Numbered from the stretch's first letter, positions 17,636 through 25,661 are shown. The stretch: DNA of 27,031 nucleotides from Gemmatimonadaceae bacterium (GCA_033763905.1 JANRJP010000125.1:1-27031), one strand, 5' to 3'. The notes: generated by a model not told the origin, from the letters alone. A program made the numbers and translations.

Positions 17636-17965
17636 ATGGGCGCGTTCGACGATTACACCCGCGGAGCCCTCCGAACCCGGAATCCCGGGCTGTCGGATCG
17701 GGATCGATTGCTCGACCCGGCCTGCGGCTTGGCCGAAGAGGCGGGCGAGGTGCTCGCGCTCGTCCGCAAGCACCTGATGCAAGGCGTCCCGCTGGATCGC
17801 GACCGTCTGGCGTTGGAGCTCGGCGATGTGCTGTGGTGCCTGGCGGCGACGGCCGAGGCGGCGGGCCTGTCGCTCGACGATGTGGCTCGCCGGAACCTCG
17901 ACAAACTCGCGCGCCGCCACGGCGGCGCGTGGTCAGATCGCAGGGAGCGGAGCGTCGACGGCTGA
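17636..17965 (+). CDS. Single-domain MazG-like NTP pyrophosphohydrolase
   Basis: 109 aa; GLAEEAGEV...ELGDVLW...NLDKL (ExxE...ExxD); GGAG SD at 17626-17629. Confidence 0.9.
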   Translation: MGAFDDYTRGALRTRNPGLSDRDRLLDPACGLAEEAGEVLALVRKHLMQGVPLDRDRLALELGDVLWCLAATAEAAGLSLDDVARRNLDKLARRHGGAWSDRRERSVDG

Positions 17966-18679
17966 GCGTCGTGCGAGGAGCGCTCGGGCGATCGCTGGCG
18001 CTCCGTCTGCCGACACGGCGGTCGCATCGGCCCCAACGCGCGCCACGAGTGTCGGGTCTCCCACGAACGGCGGACCACCGACCAGCACCAGGATGTGCGG
18101 ATTCCGCGACGCGCGGCGCACGTGGGCGATGTCGTGCGCCAGTCGAGGGAGTCGCGTCGTGCAGCCGACCGAAAAGCCCACGACGTCGATGTGCTGCTCG
18201 GTGACGGCATCGAGCAGTCCGACGCGGTCGAGGGGCGGCCCCACCAACACGTCCCATCCGTCCCGCGCGAAGAAGTCGGCAACGAGAAAGAGACCCAGCG
18301 TGTGCTGCTCGCCGGCGGGACACGCCATCAGCGCTCGGCCGACCCGTGTGGCCTCCGGCGCGGGCGTCAGCCATACCGGCTCGAGCAGATGCAGCACGCG
18401 ATGCATTCGACCCAGCGCGTCCGTGACCTGCAGGAAGTCGCAGGCATCCTCGTCCCACAGGGCGCCGAGCCGGACCGCGGCCGGGGCAAAGAGATCGAGA
18501 TACAGCGTCTCGATCAGCACCCCTCGCGCCAACCAATCGCGGACGGCGTGCTCGGCCCCCGCATCATCGGGCCCGGTGAGCAGCGCCACGAAGCGCTCCA
18601 CAGCACCCGCATCCAGCGTCGCGCCGGACGTCCGGCGCGCCGCGTCCGACGCATCGCGTGGAGAGAGGGTGCTCGTCAT
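17933..18679 (-). CDS. aerR: Stand-alone cobalamin-binding protein, AerR/PpaA type
   Basis: LYLDLFAPAAVRLGALWDEDACDFLQVT cap, GEQHTLG (ExHxxG), VVGFSVG, RASRNP...LVGGPPF...VGAD; no DNA-binding domain. Start uncertain (ATG 18679; an in-frame TTG at 18751 also exists). Confidence 0.85.
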   Translation of the reverse strand: MTSTLSPRDASDAARRTSGATLDAGAVERFVALLTGPDDAGAEHAVRDWLARGVLIETLYLDLFAPAAVRLGALWDEDACDFLQVTDALGRMHRVLHLLEPVWLTPAPEATRVGRALMACPAGEQHTLGLFLVADFFARDGWDVLVGPPLDRVGLLDAVTEQHIDVVGFSVGCTTRLPRLAHDIAHVRRASRNPHILVLVGGPPFVGDPTLVARVGADATAVSADGAPAIARALLARRSAVDAPLPAI

Positions 18680-18722
18680 CGAGGCCCGGCGGGAGTGGTA
18701 CGGCACGGACAACAGCGGGAGG

Positions 18723-18751
18723 AATGTCTCGGCGCAGGCGCCGAGCGTCAA
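18723..18751 (-). promoter_or_regulatory. Putative sigma70 promoter of the B12-binding gene with a palindromic spacer
   Basis: TTGACG-N17-GACATT; CTCGGCGC-AG-GCGCCGAG (18728-18745) fills the spacer. Confidence 0.5.
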
Positions 18752-18764
18752 CCCGTAGTGGGAA

Positions 18765-19781
18765 TCAATCGTCCTTTTGCCCGAACACTGCCAAGTTGGA
18801 CGAATGGCCCGGACTGACCTTCTTGTCCGGGTACACCCAATGCACCGCCTGGTTCACGGCCGCGGCCGCTTCGCTGAAGCCGGTCGCAATGAGCTTGAGC
18901 TTGCCCGGATAGGTCGTCACGTCGCCGGCCGCGTAAATGCCCGGGACGCCGGTCTCCATCTGCGAATTGACGTGGATCTCGTCATTCTGGATGTTGAGTC
19001 CCCACGTATTGATCGCGCCCATATCGGACACGAACCCGAGCATGGGCAGCACGGCGTCGCATTCGACGGCCACCGGCGTCTTGGACTTGGTGTGCACGAG
19101 CGTTACGCCGGTCAGCGTGCCGTCGGCGTCGTGCAGTTCCTTGAGTTCGTGCCACGTGTGCACCGTGACACGCCCGGCGGACGCGTGCGCCATCACACTG
19201 TCCACCGTGGCGCCGTGTGCCCGGAACCGGTCGGTGCGATGCGCGAGCGTGACGTGCGCCGCTTTGCCCGCGAGCTGATCGGTCCAGTCGAAGGCGGTGT
19301 CACCGCCGCCGATGATCAGCACCTTCTTGCCGTGGAACTGCGATGGGTCGAGCACCACATCGTGCACGCCACGCCCGTACCAGGGCTCGGCCGCCGCCTG
19401 CGGCAGGCGACGCGGCGAGAACGCACCAATACCCGCCGCGATGATGATCGCGCGCGTGGGGAACGCGTCGGTCTCCGTCCGGAGCACGAAGTGATCGTCG
19501 AGCCGATCGAGGCCGACGACCTTCTGACCGAGGAACCGCGGTGTGTCCCAGCGACGCGCCTGACGATCCAGATTCGCAACCAGGTCCTTGGCCAACACTT
19601 CGGGATAGCCCGCGACGTCGAAGATGAACTTCTCGGGGTAGAGGGCCATCAACTGGCCGCCCACCTGCGGGAGGGCATCGACCAGGCGAGCGGAGACGCC
19701 GCGCATACCGGCGTAGAACGACGCGAACAGACCCGTGGGGCCGGCGCCGATGATCGTGATGTCGGTGATGGGGTGTGACAT
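18765..19781 (-). CDS. Thioredoxin-reductase-fold ferredoxin/flavodoxin-NADP+ reductase (YumC type)
   Basis: GAGPTG, GGQLMALYPEKFIFDVAG, GGGDTAFD, HR motif, AAGD, GKLKLIATGF, PGHSS; no CxxC. Confidence 0.92.
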   Translation of the reverse strand: MSHPITDITIIGAGPTGLFASFYAGMRGVSARLVDALPQVGGQLMALYPEKFIFDVAGYPEVLAKDLVANLDRQARRWDTPRFLGQKVVGLDRLDDHFVLRTETDAFPTRAIIIAAGIGAFSPRRLPQAAAEPWYGRGVHDVVLDPSQFHGKKVLIIGGGDTAFDWTDQLAGKAAHVTLAHRTDRFRAHGATVDSVMAHASAGRVTVHTWHELKELHDADGTLTGVTLVHTKSKTPVAVECDAVLPMLGFVSDMGAINTWGLNIQNDEIHVNSQMETGVPGIYAAGDVTTYPGKLKLIATGFSEAAAAVNQAVHWVYPDKKVSPGHSSNLAVFGQKDD

Positions 19782-19838
19782 CCGTCAAAATCTAGCGGCG
19801 CGGGGAACCCTCTTCACCCCTCGGCGTTACCTTTCGGG
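19782..19838. promoter_or_regulatory. Divergent leaderless promoters for the reductase and pduO, plus an ECF-like element
   Basis: Minus TAGATT(19794-19789)-N7-ATG 19781; plus TACCTT(19828-19833)-N5-ATG 19839; plus GGAAC(19804-19808)-N16-CGTT(19825-19828). Confidence 0.55.
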
Positions 19839-20390
19839 ATGACGATGAAGATCTATACCAAGACGGGCGACGAGGGCGACACCGGGCTCTTCGGCGGTGG
19901 CCGCGTCGGCAAGGACGACCCGCGCGTCGAAGCCTACGGCGCCGTCGATGAACTGAACGCCAGCCTCGGGATGGCGCGCGCGATCGAACTGATGCCGCGC
20001 ATCGACGAGGTGCTTGTCCCGATCCAGCGTGACCTGTTCGCGATCGGCGCCCTGCTCGCCACGCCCGATCTCGACAAGATGGCCGAGCAGCTCGAGAAGG
20101 CGCGCATCGACGACTCGCGCATCGCCGAGCTCGAACGCGCCATCGACGCCGGCGAGTCCGAACTTGAGCCGCTGCGCGCCTTCATCCTGCCCGGCGGGAC
20201 CCCCAAGGCCGCCGCACTGCACGTCGCGCGCACCGTGTGTCGGCGCGCGGAGCGCCGCGTCGTGACGTTGCGCCGCGACGTCGCGATTCCGCAGTTGGTC
20301 GTGATGTACCTCAACCGGCTGTCCGATCTCCTGTTCGTGCTGTCGCGCGTGGCGAATCGCCGCGCCGGCGCCGGCGAGGTCACGTGGTGA
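19839..20390 (+). CDS. pduO: PduO-type ATP:cob(I)alamin adenosyltransferase
   Basis: KIYTKTGDEGDT, EAYGAVDELN, FILPGG, RTVCRRAER, YLNRLSDLLF. Confidence 0.96.
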   Translation: MTMKIYTKTGDEGDTGLFGGGRVGKDDPRVEAYGAVDELNASLGMARAIELMPRIDEVLVPIQRDLFAIGALLATPDLDKMAEQLEKARIDDSRIAELERAIDAGESELEPLRAFILPGGTPKAAALHVARTVCRRAERRVVTLRRDVAIPQLVVMYLNRLSDLLFVLSRVANRRAGAGEVTW

Positions 20391-21466
20391 ACGTCGTCGA
20401 CGCGGGCACGTACCGCGTCACGATTGGCCGGGGGGCGCTCCACGAGGTCGGCCGCGTCGCCGCCGCGGCGGTGCCCTCGGCGCACCGCTGGGTCATCATC
20501 ACCGACGAGACGGTCGAACCGCTCTGGCGTGCGCGCGTCGAGTCCTCGTTCCCCACGCCCCCGCTGTGTCTCCGCATTCCGGCGGGGGAAGCGCACAAGA
20601 CGCGCGAGTCGTGGGCCGCGCTCACCGACGCAATGATCGACGCCGGCATCGGGCGCGACAGCGCCGTGCTTGCGCTCGGCGGTGGCGTCATTGGCGATGT
20701 CGCGGGATTTGTCGCGGCGACCTTCCACCGCGGCGTACCGGTGGTGCAGGTACCCACCACGCTGCTGGCGATGGTCGACGCCTCCATCGGGGGCAAAACC
20801 GGCCTCGATGTGCCCGGCGGCAAGAACCTGGTCGGCGCCTTTCATCCGCCCTCGGCGGTCGTGATCGATCCGACCGTCCTCGGCACCTTGCCGCTCGAGG
20901 ATCGACGCGCCGGCATCGCCGAGATGCTGAAGCACGGCATTGTGGCAGACGCCGAGCACTTCGCGTGGCTCGTCTCACACGCCGAACTGCTGGTCGCCGC
21001 CGATGCGCCCACGAGCGACCTGCTGGCTGAGGCCATCGCCATCTCGGTGCGCATCAAGGCCGAGGTCGTCCGCCGTGACGCGCGCGAGGCAGGCCTGCGC
21101 AAAGTGCTCAACTTCGGCCACACAGCGGCACACGCGATCGAGCATCTGCTGGCGTACGGCATTCGGCACGGTGAGGCGGTGGCGATCGGGATGGTGCTGG
21201 AAGCGCGCGTTGCCGAGGCGCTCGACATCGCCGCCGCAGGCACCGCCACCATCATTCGGGACGCGGTGCGGTCGGTCGGTCTTCCGGATGCCGTGCCAAG
21301 CGGGATTTCGCGCGAGGCCCTCGTTCGCGCGATGCATACCGACAAGAAGGCGCGGGGCGGCGTGATCGAGTGCGCCCTTCCAGCGCGGATCGGTGCGATG
21401 GCGGGCGAGGCTCGTGGATTCGGAATTCCCGTGGCAGACTCGGACTGGTTCCCCCTACTGCCCTAG
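20387..21466 (+). CDS. aroB: 3-dehydroquinate synthase
   Basis: GEAHKT, LGGGVIGDVAGF, PTTLLAMVDASIGGKTG, KNLVGAFH, LNFGHT...HAIE, HGEAVAIG, DKK; GTG overlaps the pduO stop. Confidence 0.96.
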   Translation: MNVVDAGTYRVTIGRGALHEVGRVAAAAVPSAHRWVIITDETVEPLWRARVESSFPTPPLCLRIPAGEAHKTRESWAALTDAMIDAGIGRDSAVLALGGGVIGDVAGFVAATFHRGVPVVQVPTTLLAMVDASIGGKTGLDVPGGKNLVGAFHPPSAVVIDPTVLGTLPLEDRRAGIAEMLKHGIVADAEHFAWLVSHAELLVAADAPTSDLLAEAIAISVRIKAEVVRRDAREAGLRKVLNFGHTAAHAIEHLLAYGIRHGEAVAIGMVLEARVAEALDIAAAGTATIIRDAVRSVGLPDAVPSGISREALVRAMHTDKKARGGVIECALPARIGAMAGEARGFGIPVADSDWFPLLP

Positions 21467-21471
21467 CCGGT

Positions 21472-21495
21472 TCGGTGTCACTTCGGTAACACCGA
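21472..21495 (+). terminator. C(UUCG)G-capped hairpin just after aroB (possible terminator or stabiliser; no U-tract)
   Basis: TCGGTGTCAC-TTCG-GTAACACCGA, 9 of 10 base pairs. Confidence 0.5.
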
Positions 21496-21619
21496 GGGAT
21501 TACTTAGGCCTAGCACCCTAAACCGGACGCCGCGTCCGACCGGTCGCAAGTCGTTGCGGCGCAATCAACTGCGGCGGTCGGCGGGTCCGGTGACCCACGG
21601 CACATAGAGCAAATCAATC

Positions 21620-21648
21620 TTGACGGCAGAAACAGCCCGTCCCATCGT
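21620..21648 (+). promoter_or_regulatory. Putative promoter of the sigma-factor cluster
   Basis: TTGACG-N17-CATCGT preceded by AT-rich AAATCAATC. Confidence 0.5.
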
Positions 21649-21708
21649 GGCGCTCCCGCCGGGCTGAAATTCGGTCCGCGGTCCCACCACCGAAGGCAAG
21701 GAGCGCGA

Positions 21709-22599
21709 ATGGGGACGATGGCCGAGAGCAGGAGCCGATATTTCCGCGCAGCACCGGCGTCCGCGTTCGACCAGTATCTGCTGGACATTCAGAAGCTCCC
21801 GCTGATCACGGATCCGGCCGAAGAGAAGCGCCTCGCGCGGCTCGCGCAGAAGGGAGATGAGGCGGCGGCCGAGCGACTGGTGACCGCCAACCTGCGCTTC
21901 GTCATTTCGTACGTGAAGAAGTACCAGGGGCACGGGCTGGACCTCTCGGAGCTCGTGGCGATCGGAAATGAAGGGCTGCTCAAGGCGGTGCGGAAGTTCG
22001 ATCCCGACCAGGGCGTGAAGTTCATCTCGTACGCGGTGTGGTGGGTGCGTCAGGCGGTGCTCAAGGCGCTGGCCGAGCAGACGCGGTCGGTGCGCATTCC
22101 GCTCAATCAGAACTCGGCGCTGATCAAGCTCTCGCGTGCCGAGGCGATGTTGCAGCACGCCCTCCGTCGCGATGCCACCGACGAGGAGCTCGCGAAGTTG
22201 CTCGGCGATACGCCGGACAACGTGCGTGCCGCGCGCAAGATGAGCACGACGGAAGTCTCCCTCGACGCGCCGGTGGATCGCAGCGATCGCGAGGCGAGCA
22301 CGCTCGGCGAGCGCTTTGCGGCCGGTGACGGCACCGATATCGAAGAGGTCACCGACTTCCAGCTGATGCGGGAAGTGATGGAGCGTGTCTTCCGCACCTA
22401 CCTCTCGCCCCGCGAGCGGAAGATCCTGTTCCTGTACTACGGGCTCGAGCCCGGCGCCGAGGCGATGACCTTGGAGCGGATCGGCGAGCTGATGGGCGTC
22501 ACGCGCGAACGGATCCGTCAGATCCGCGAGCGGGCGTTCGAGAAGCTCCGCACCTCTCCCGACGGTCGCGCCCTCGCCGCGTTCTGGGCGAGCAACTGA
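21709..22599 (+). CDS. RNA polymerase sigma70 factor, RpoD/SigA-like, lacking region 1.1
   Basis: 296 aa; YLLDI (1.2), ANLRFVISYVKKY, GNEGLLKAVRKFDP, KFISYAVWWVRQ, RSVRIP, TLERIG...GVTRERIRQI; AAGGAG SD. Confidence 0.93.
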   Translation: MGTMAESRSRYFRAAPASAFDQYLLDIQKLPLITDPAEEKRLARLAQKGDEAAAERLVTANLRFVISYVKKYQGHGLDLSELVAIGNEGLLKAVRKFDPDQGVKFISYAVWWVRQAVLKALAEQTRSVRIPLNQNSALIKLSRAEAMLQHALRRDATDEELAKLLGDTPDNVRAARKMSTTEVSLDAPVDRSDREASTLGERFAAGDGTDIEEVTDFQLMREVMERVFRTYLSPRERKILFLYYGLEPGAEAMTLERIGELMGVTRERIRQIRERAFEKLRTSPDGRALAAFWASN

Positions 22600-22625
22600 C
22601 CGAAGGGACGCCCCGGGAGCGCCGC

Positions 22626-22991
22626 GTGTTGATCGTGGACGATGAAGCCACGATCCTCGCGGCGCTCGTGCGTTTCTTCTCGCGGCAGGGTTGGATCGTC
22701 AGCGAAGCCTCCGATGGTGAGCGGGCGCTCGCGATTCTTCGGAGCGACGCGCCCAAGCCGGATGTGATCATCTGCGATCTTCGGATGCCGAACGTATCCG
22801 GCGCCGAGGTCCACGCCTGCGTCGTCGCGGAGCGCCCGGCGCTCGCCGGGCGATTCGTCTTCTCGACCGGCGACGTGGTGTCGGGGGAAACGCAGGAGTT
22901 TCTGCGGCAGTCGGGATGCGCGGTGATGCAGAAGCCCTTTGAGCTCAAGCGCCTGCGAGACGTCGCGGACCAGATCGCCAACCGCGTGTGA
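22626..22991 (+). CDS. Single-domain response regulator (CheY-like)
   Basis: LIVDDE, ICDLRMP, STGD, KPF; 121 aa. Confidence 0.9.
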   Translation: MLIVDDEATILAALVRFFSRQGWIVSEASDGERALAILRSDAPKPDVIICDLRMPNVSGAEVHACVVAERPALAGRFVFSTGDVVSGETQEFLRQSGCAVMQKPFELKRLRDVADQIANRV

Positions 22992-23653
22992 CGCGCGCGC
23001 GACGTCCGGTTTTCCCGCTGGGGATCGTGTTGCTCCCGGGCGCGACGCGCGCTCTGCACATCTTCGAACCGCGCTACCGACAGATGATCGCCGATGTCGT
23101 CGCCGCCGACGGGCGATTCGTGATCGCGCTGCTGCCGCCGGGCACGCCCGAGCGCGAGCTGCCGTCGGGCTGGCCATCTACGATCGCCGAAATCGTCGAG
23201 CGATCGCCGCTCCCCGACGGCCGCATTGATCTCGTGGTGCGCGGCGTCGAACGGGTGTCGCTCACGGCGTTCGTGAGCGATCCCGCGCCCTACCACGTGG
23301 TGGAATGCGCGCCGGCGCCCGATCGCCCCGTCGATGCTGGCGAGCTGCCCGAACTGTCGGCGGCCGCGGAACGCGTGCGTGCATTGTTCCAGCGGATCGT
23401 CGACGCCGCGCAGACGATCAGTGAACGCGACGACGACGCGCTCGTGTTGCCCGACGATCCGTCGCTGGTGGCGTACGTCGCCGCGGCCCATCTCGACTTC
23501 GACCTGGCGGCCCAGCACGAGTTGCTGTCCCTGACGCATCCACTGGAGCGCCTGATGCGCGTGGCGGATCGCCTGACCCGCGCCGTGGAGGATATCGAGC
23601 GTCGCGCCTCGGTCCACACGCGCGCGAAGACGAACGGACACGGCCCGCACTGA
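22988..23653 (+). CDS. Stand-alone Lon N-terminal (PUA-like substrate-binding) domain protein
   Basis: PVFPLGIVLLPG...LHIFEPRYRQMI, LPDGRIDLVVRGVER, QHELL...ERL, KTNGH; no ATPase or protease domain. Confidence 0.9.
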   Translation: MTRARRPVFPLGIVLLPGATRALHIFEPRYRQMIADVVAADGRFVIALLPPGTPERELPSGWPSTIAEIVERSPLPDGRIDLVVRGVERVSLTAFVSDPAPYHVVECAPAPDRPVDAGELPELSAAAERVRALFQRIVDAAQTISERDDDALVLPDDPSLVAYVAAAHLDFDLAAQHELLSLTHPLERLMRVADRLTRAVEDIERRASVHTRAKTNGHGPH

Positions 23654-23655
23654 GC

Positions 23656-24300
23656 GTGCGGCGCGCGGGCTTGCTCGTCTGCGAACTCGACCGGGGCTTC
23701 GTGGCCACCGACGAACTGCGCGTCGCCTGTGTCCGCGAGGCCGCACGCGCTGAGGGCTGGCCGGAATCGGATTTGGCCCCTCCGCTGGAGCCCACCGACG
23801 GCATCGACGCGATGGTCGCGACGCTCGCGCAGGCCCTGCGGCGCACGGACGCTGCCGAGTGCGCGTTGATCGCGTTGCGCGCCGGCGATGCCTTCCGCCA
23901 CGCCGCGCGGGCCGGCGTCCGGTGGCGCCCAGGCGCCTCGGCGTTTCTCGATGCCGCGAGCGACGTGCTGCCGGTCGGTATCATCACGCGGTTGCCGCGT
24001 GCGGTGGTCGATGCGGTGCTGCCGTCGGAGCGACAGGCGCAGTGCCGCTTTCTCTGGTGCAGCGACGAAGTGGCGCCAGACGCCGCGTGGGCGCGCGCCG
24101 CGCAGCGGTTGTCGCCCGGCACGACGGGCGTCGCACTGATCGACCGCGCGGATAGCGCCGCGCGGGCCGAAGCCGCGGGCTGGTGCACGGTATGGCTGGG
24201 CGACGGCGGGGACTCGTTCGCGAGCGCGCAGTGGCGCATCTTTCCCGAGGACGTAGCCGCCGCTCTGGCGTCGCTCGTCAACCGCCCCGCGCGCTTCTGA
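23656..24300 (+). CDS. Degenerate HAD-fold protein (CbbY/beta-PGM-like layout)
   Basis: LLVCELDRGFVAT (motif I position), WRPGASAFL, VGIIT (motif II), LIDR...AEAAGWCTVWL (motif IV position); fills the gap with 2-nt spacing on both sides. Confidence 0.65.
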   Translation: MRRAGLLVCELDRGFVATDELRVACVREAARAEGWPESDLAPPLEPTDGIDAMVATLAQALRRTDAAECALIALRAGDAFRHAARAGVRWRPGASAFLDAASDVLPVGIITRLPRAVVDAVLPSERQAQCRFLWCSDEVAPDAAWARAAQRLSPGTTGVALIDRADSAARAEAAGWCTVWLGDGGDSFASAQWRIFPEDVAAALASLVNRPARF

Positions 24301-24302
24301 CA

Positions 24303-25301
24303 ATGGAACACCTCCCGATCGCGATTGCTGAGCCCACGCGGTACGACGCCTTGCAGCATTCGGCGGTCTGCTTCGACCGCTCGACGCGCGGCCGGACGTT
24401 GATCGATGGCGCACAGGCGGCGACGATGCTCACGGGCCTCGTCTCGAACGACGTGGTGTCGCTCGGGATCGGGGATGGACAGTACGCCGCGGCGCCCAAT
24501 CCGAAGGGCAAGCTGCTCGCCGATTGCCGCATCTTCGTCATCGGCGACGGACGACTGCTCGTCGATGTGCCGTCGCGAGCCGCGAGCGGCTGGTTGGCGA
24601 TGCTCGCGAAGTTTCTGCCGCCGCGTCTCGCAAAGCATCGCGACGCGACGCGCGAGCTCGACGCGATCGGCGTCTACGGGCCGACCTCGGCGGCGGTGGT
24701 GGCGTCTGCCACCGGCCTACCCGAGGATGCGCTGCTCGCCTTGGCCCCGTACGCACACGTGCCGCTGCCGGGCGGGTCGGGCCCTGCGATCGTGCTGCGC
24801 TCCCCCGACTTGGGGGTGCTCGGCTTCGACGTCGTCGCTGCGCCGACGGATCTGGCGCCGCTCCGCACGGCGTGGGCCGCGCTGCCGCAGGGAGACGACG
24901 CGCTGTGGACGGTAGCGCGCGTCGAAGCGGGACGCCCCGAGTGGGGGCTCGATATGGATGAGAGCACGATTCCGCAGGAGGCCAACTTCGACGCGCTGCG
25001 GGCGATTTCGTACACGAAGGGCTGCTATACCGGCCAGGAGACCATTGCGCGCGTGCATTTCCGCGGGCACGTCAATCGGCATCTGCGCCTGTTGCGTGCA
25101 GACGAGGCCCTGGTGTCCGGCGCGGTGCTGTTCGACGGTGAGCGGGATGTGGGCGACGTGCGTTCGAGTGTGCAGTCGCCGCGTGGCTACGCCGCGCTCG
25201 CGATGGTTCGCCGCGAAGTGGCAGCTGGGACGACCATCGCGGCGCGAACGACCGACCGCGAAGTGCTTGTGACCGTGCACGAGGTGCCGATCACGCCGTG
25301 A
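24303..25301 (+). CDS. ygfZ: YgfZ/GcvT-like folate-binding Fe-S repair protein
   Basis: KGCYTGQE signature; LTGLVSNDV, PKGKLLAD, RVEAGRP...IPQEA; ATG 24303. Confidence 0.92.
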   Translation: MEHLPIAIAEPTRYDALQHSAVCFDRSTRGRTLIDGAQAATMLTGLVSNDVVSLGIGDGQYAAAPNPKGKLLADCRIFVIGDGRLLVDVPSRAASGWLAMLAKFLPPRLAKHRDATRELDAIGVYGPTSAAVVASATGLPEDALLALAPYAHVPLPGGSGPAIVLRSPDLGVLGFDVVAAPTDLAPLRTAWAALPQGDDALWTVARVEAGRPEWGLDMDESTIPQEANFDALRAISYTKGCYTGQETIARVHFRGHVNRHLRLLRADEALVSGAVLFDGERDVGDVRSSVQSPRGYAALAMVRREVAAGTTIAARTTDREVLVTVHEVPITP

Positions 25302-25330
25302 GTGTGGCGGTCGCGCGGTACGCCGGTAGC

Positions 25331-25371
25331 AAAAGAAACGGGGCGCTGCGACCGAAGTCGCAGCGCCCCGT
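25331..25371 (-). terminator. Intrinsic terminator of the lipoprotein gene (between convergent genes)
   Basis: Perfect 15-bp stem ACGGGGCGCTGCGAC-TTCG-GTCGCAGCGCCCCGT followed by TTCTTTT on the minus strand. Confidence 0.9.
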
Positions 25372-25388
25372 GTGGCGTTTCCGCCAGC

Positions 25389-25586
25389 TTACATCTTCTT
25401 GGCGGTGTCAGCCATCGGCGCGGCGGCCGGAGCAGCGGCCGAATCCATCTTCATCGCCGACGAGTCCATCGGGGCGGCCGGAGCCGGGGCAGCAGCCGGG
25501 GTCGTCTCGGCGGCCGGGGCGGCCTCTTCGGCCTTCGAGCAAGCGGCGAGCACGAGAACAGCGGCGACAAGGGCCAGGCGCTTCAT
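25389..25586 (-). CDS. 65-aa Ala/Pro/Met-rich lipoprotein
   Basis: MKRLALVAAVLVLAA-C lipobox; AGGAGAAGGA SD; own promoter and terminator. Confidence 0.88.
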   Translation of the reverse strand: MKRLALVAAVLVLAACSKAEEAAPAAETTPAAAPAPAAPMDSSAMKMDSAAAPAAAPMADTAKKM

Positions 25587-25661
25587 AGTTCCTTCTCCTG
25601 AGGGGTTGAGGTAAGTGCCTGGTCCGCGCGCGCATTCGGCGTTCGGCGTCGGCATACGAGA

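Noticed and set aside
17636..17965. MazG-like gene as an anti-phage or toxin-antitoxin component
   Set aside because: No effector, toxin or mobile context; house-cleaning pyrophosphatase is the simpler reading
18680..19838. Cobalamin riboswitch or PpsR site near the B12 genes
   Set aside because: Intergenic gaps are only 85 and 57 bp, with no B12-box and no TGT-N12-ACA seen
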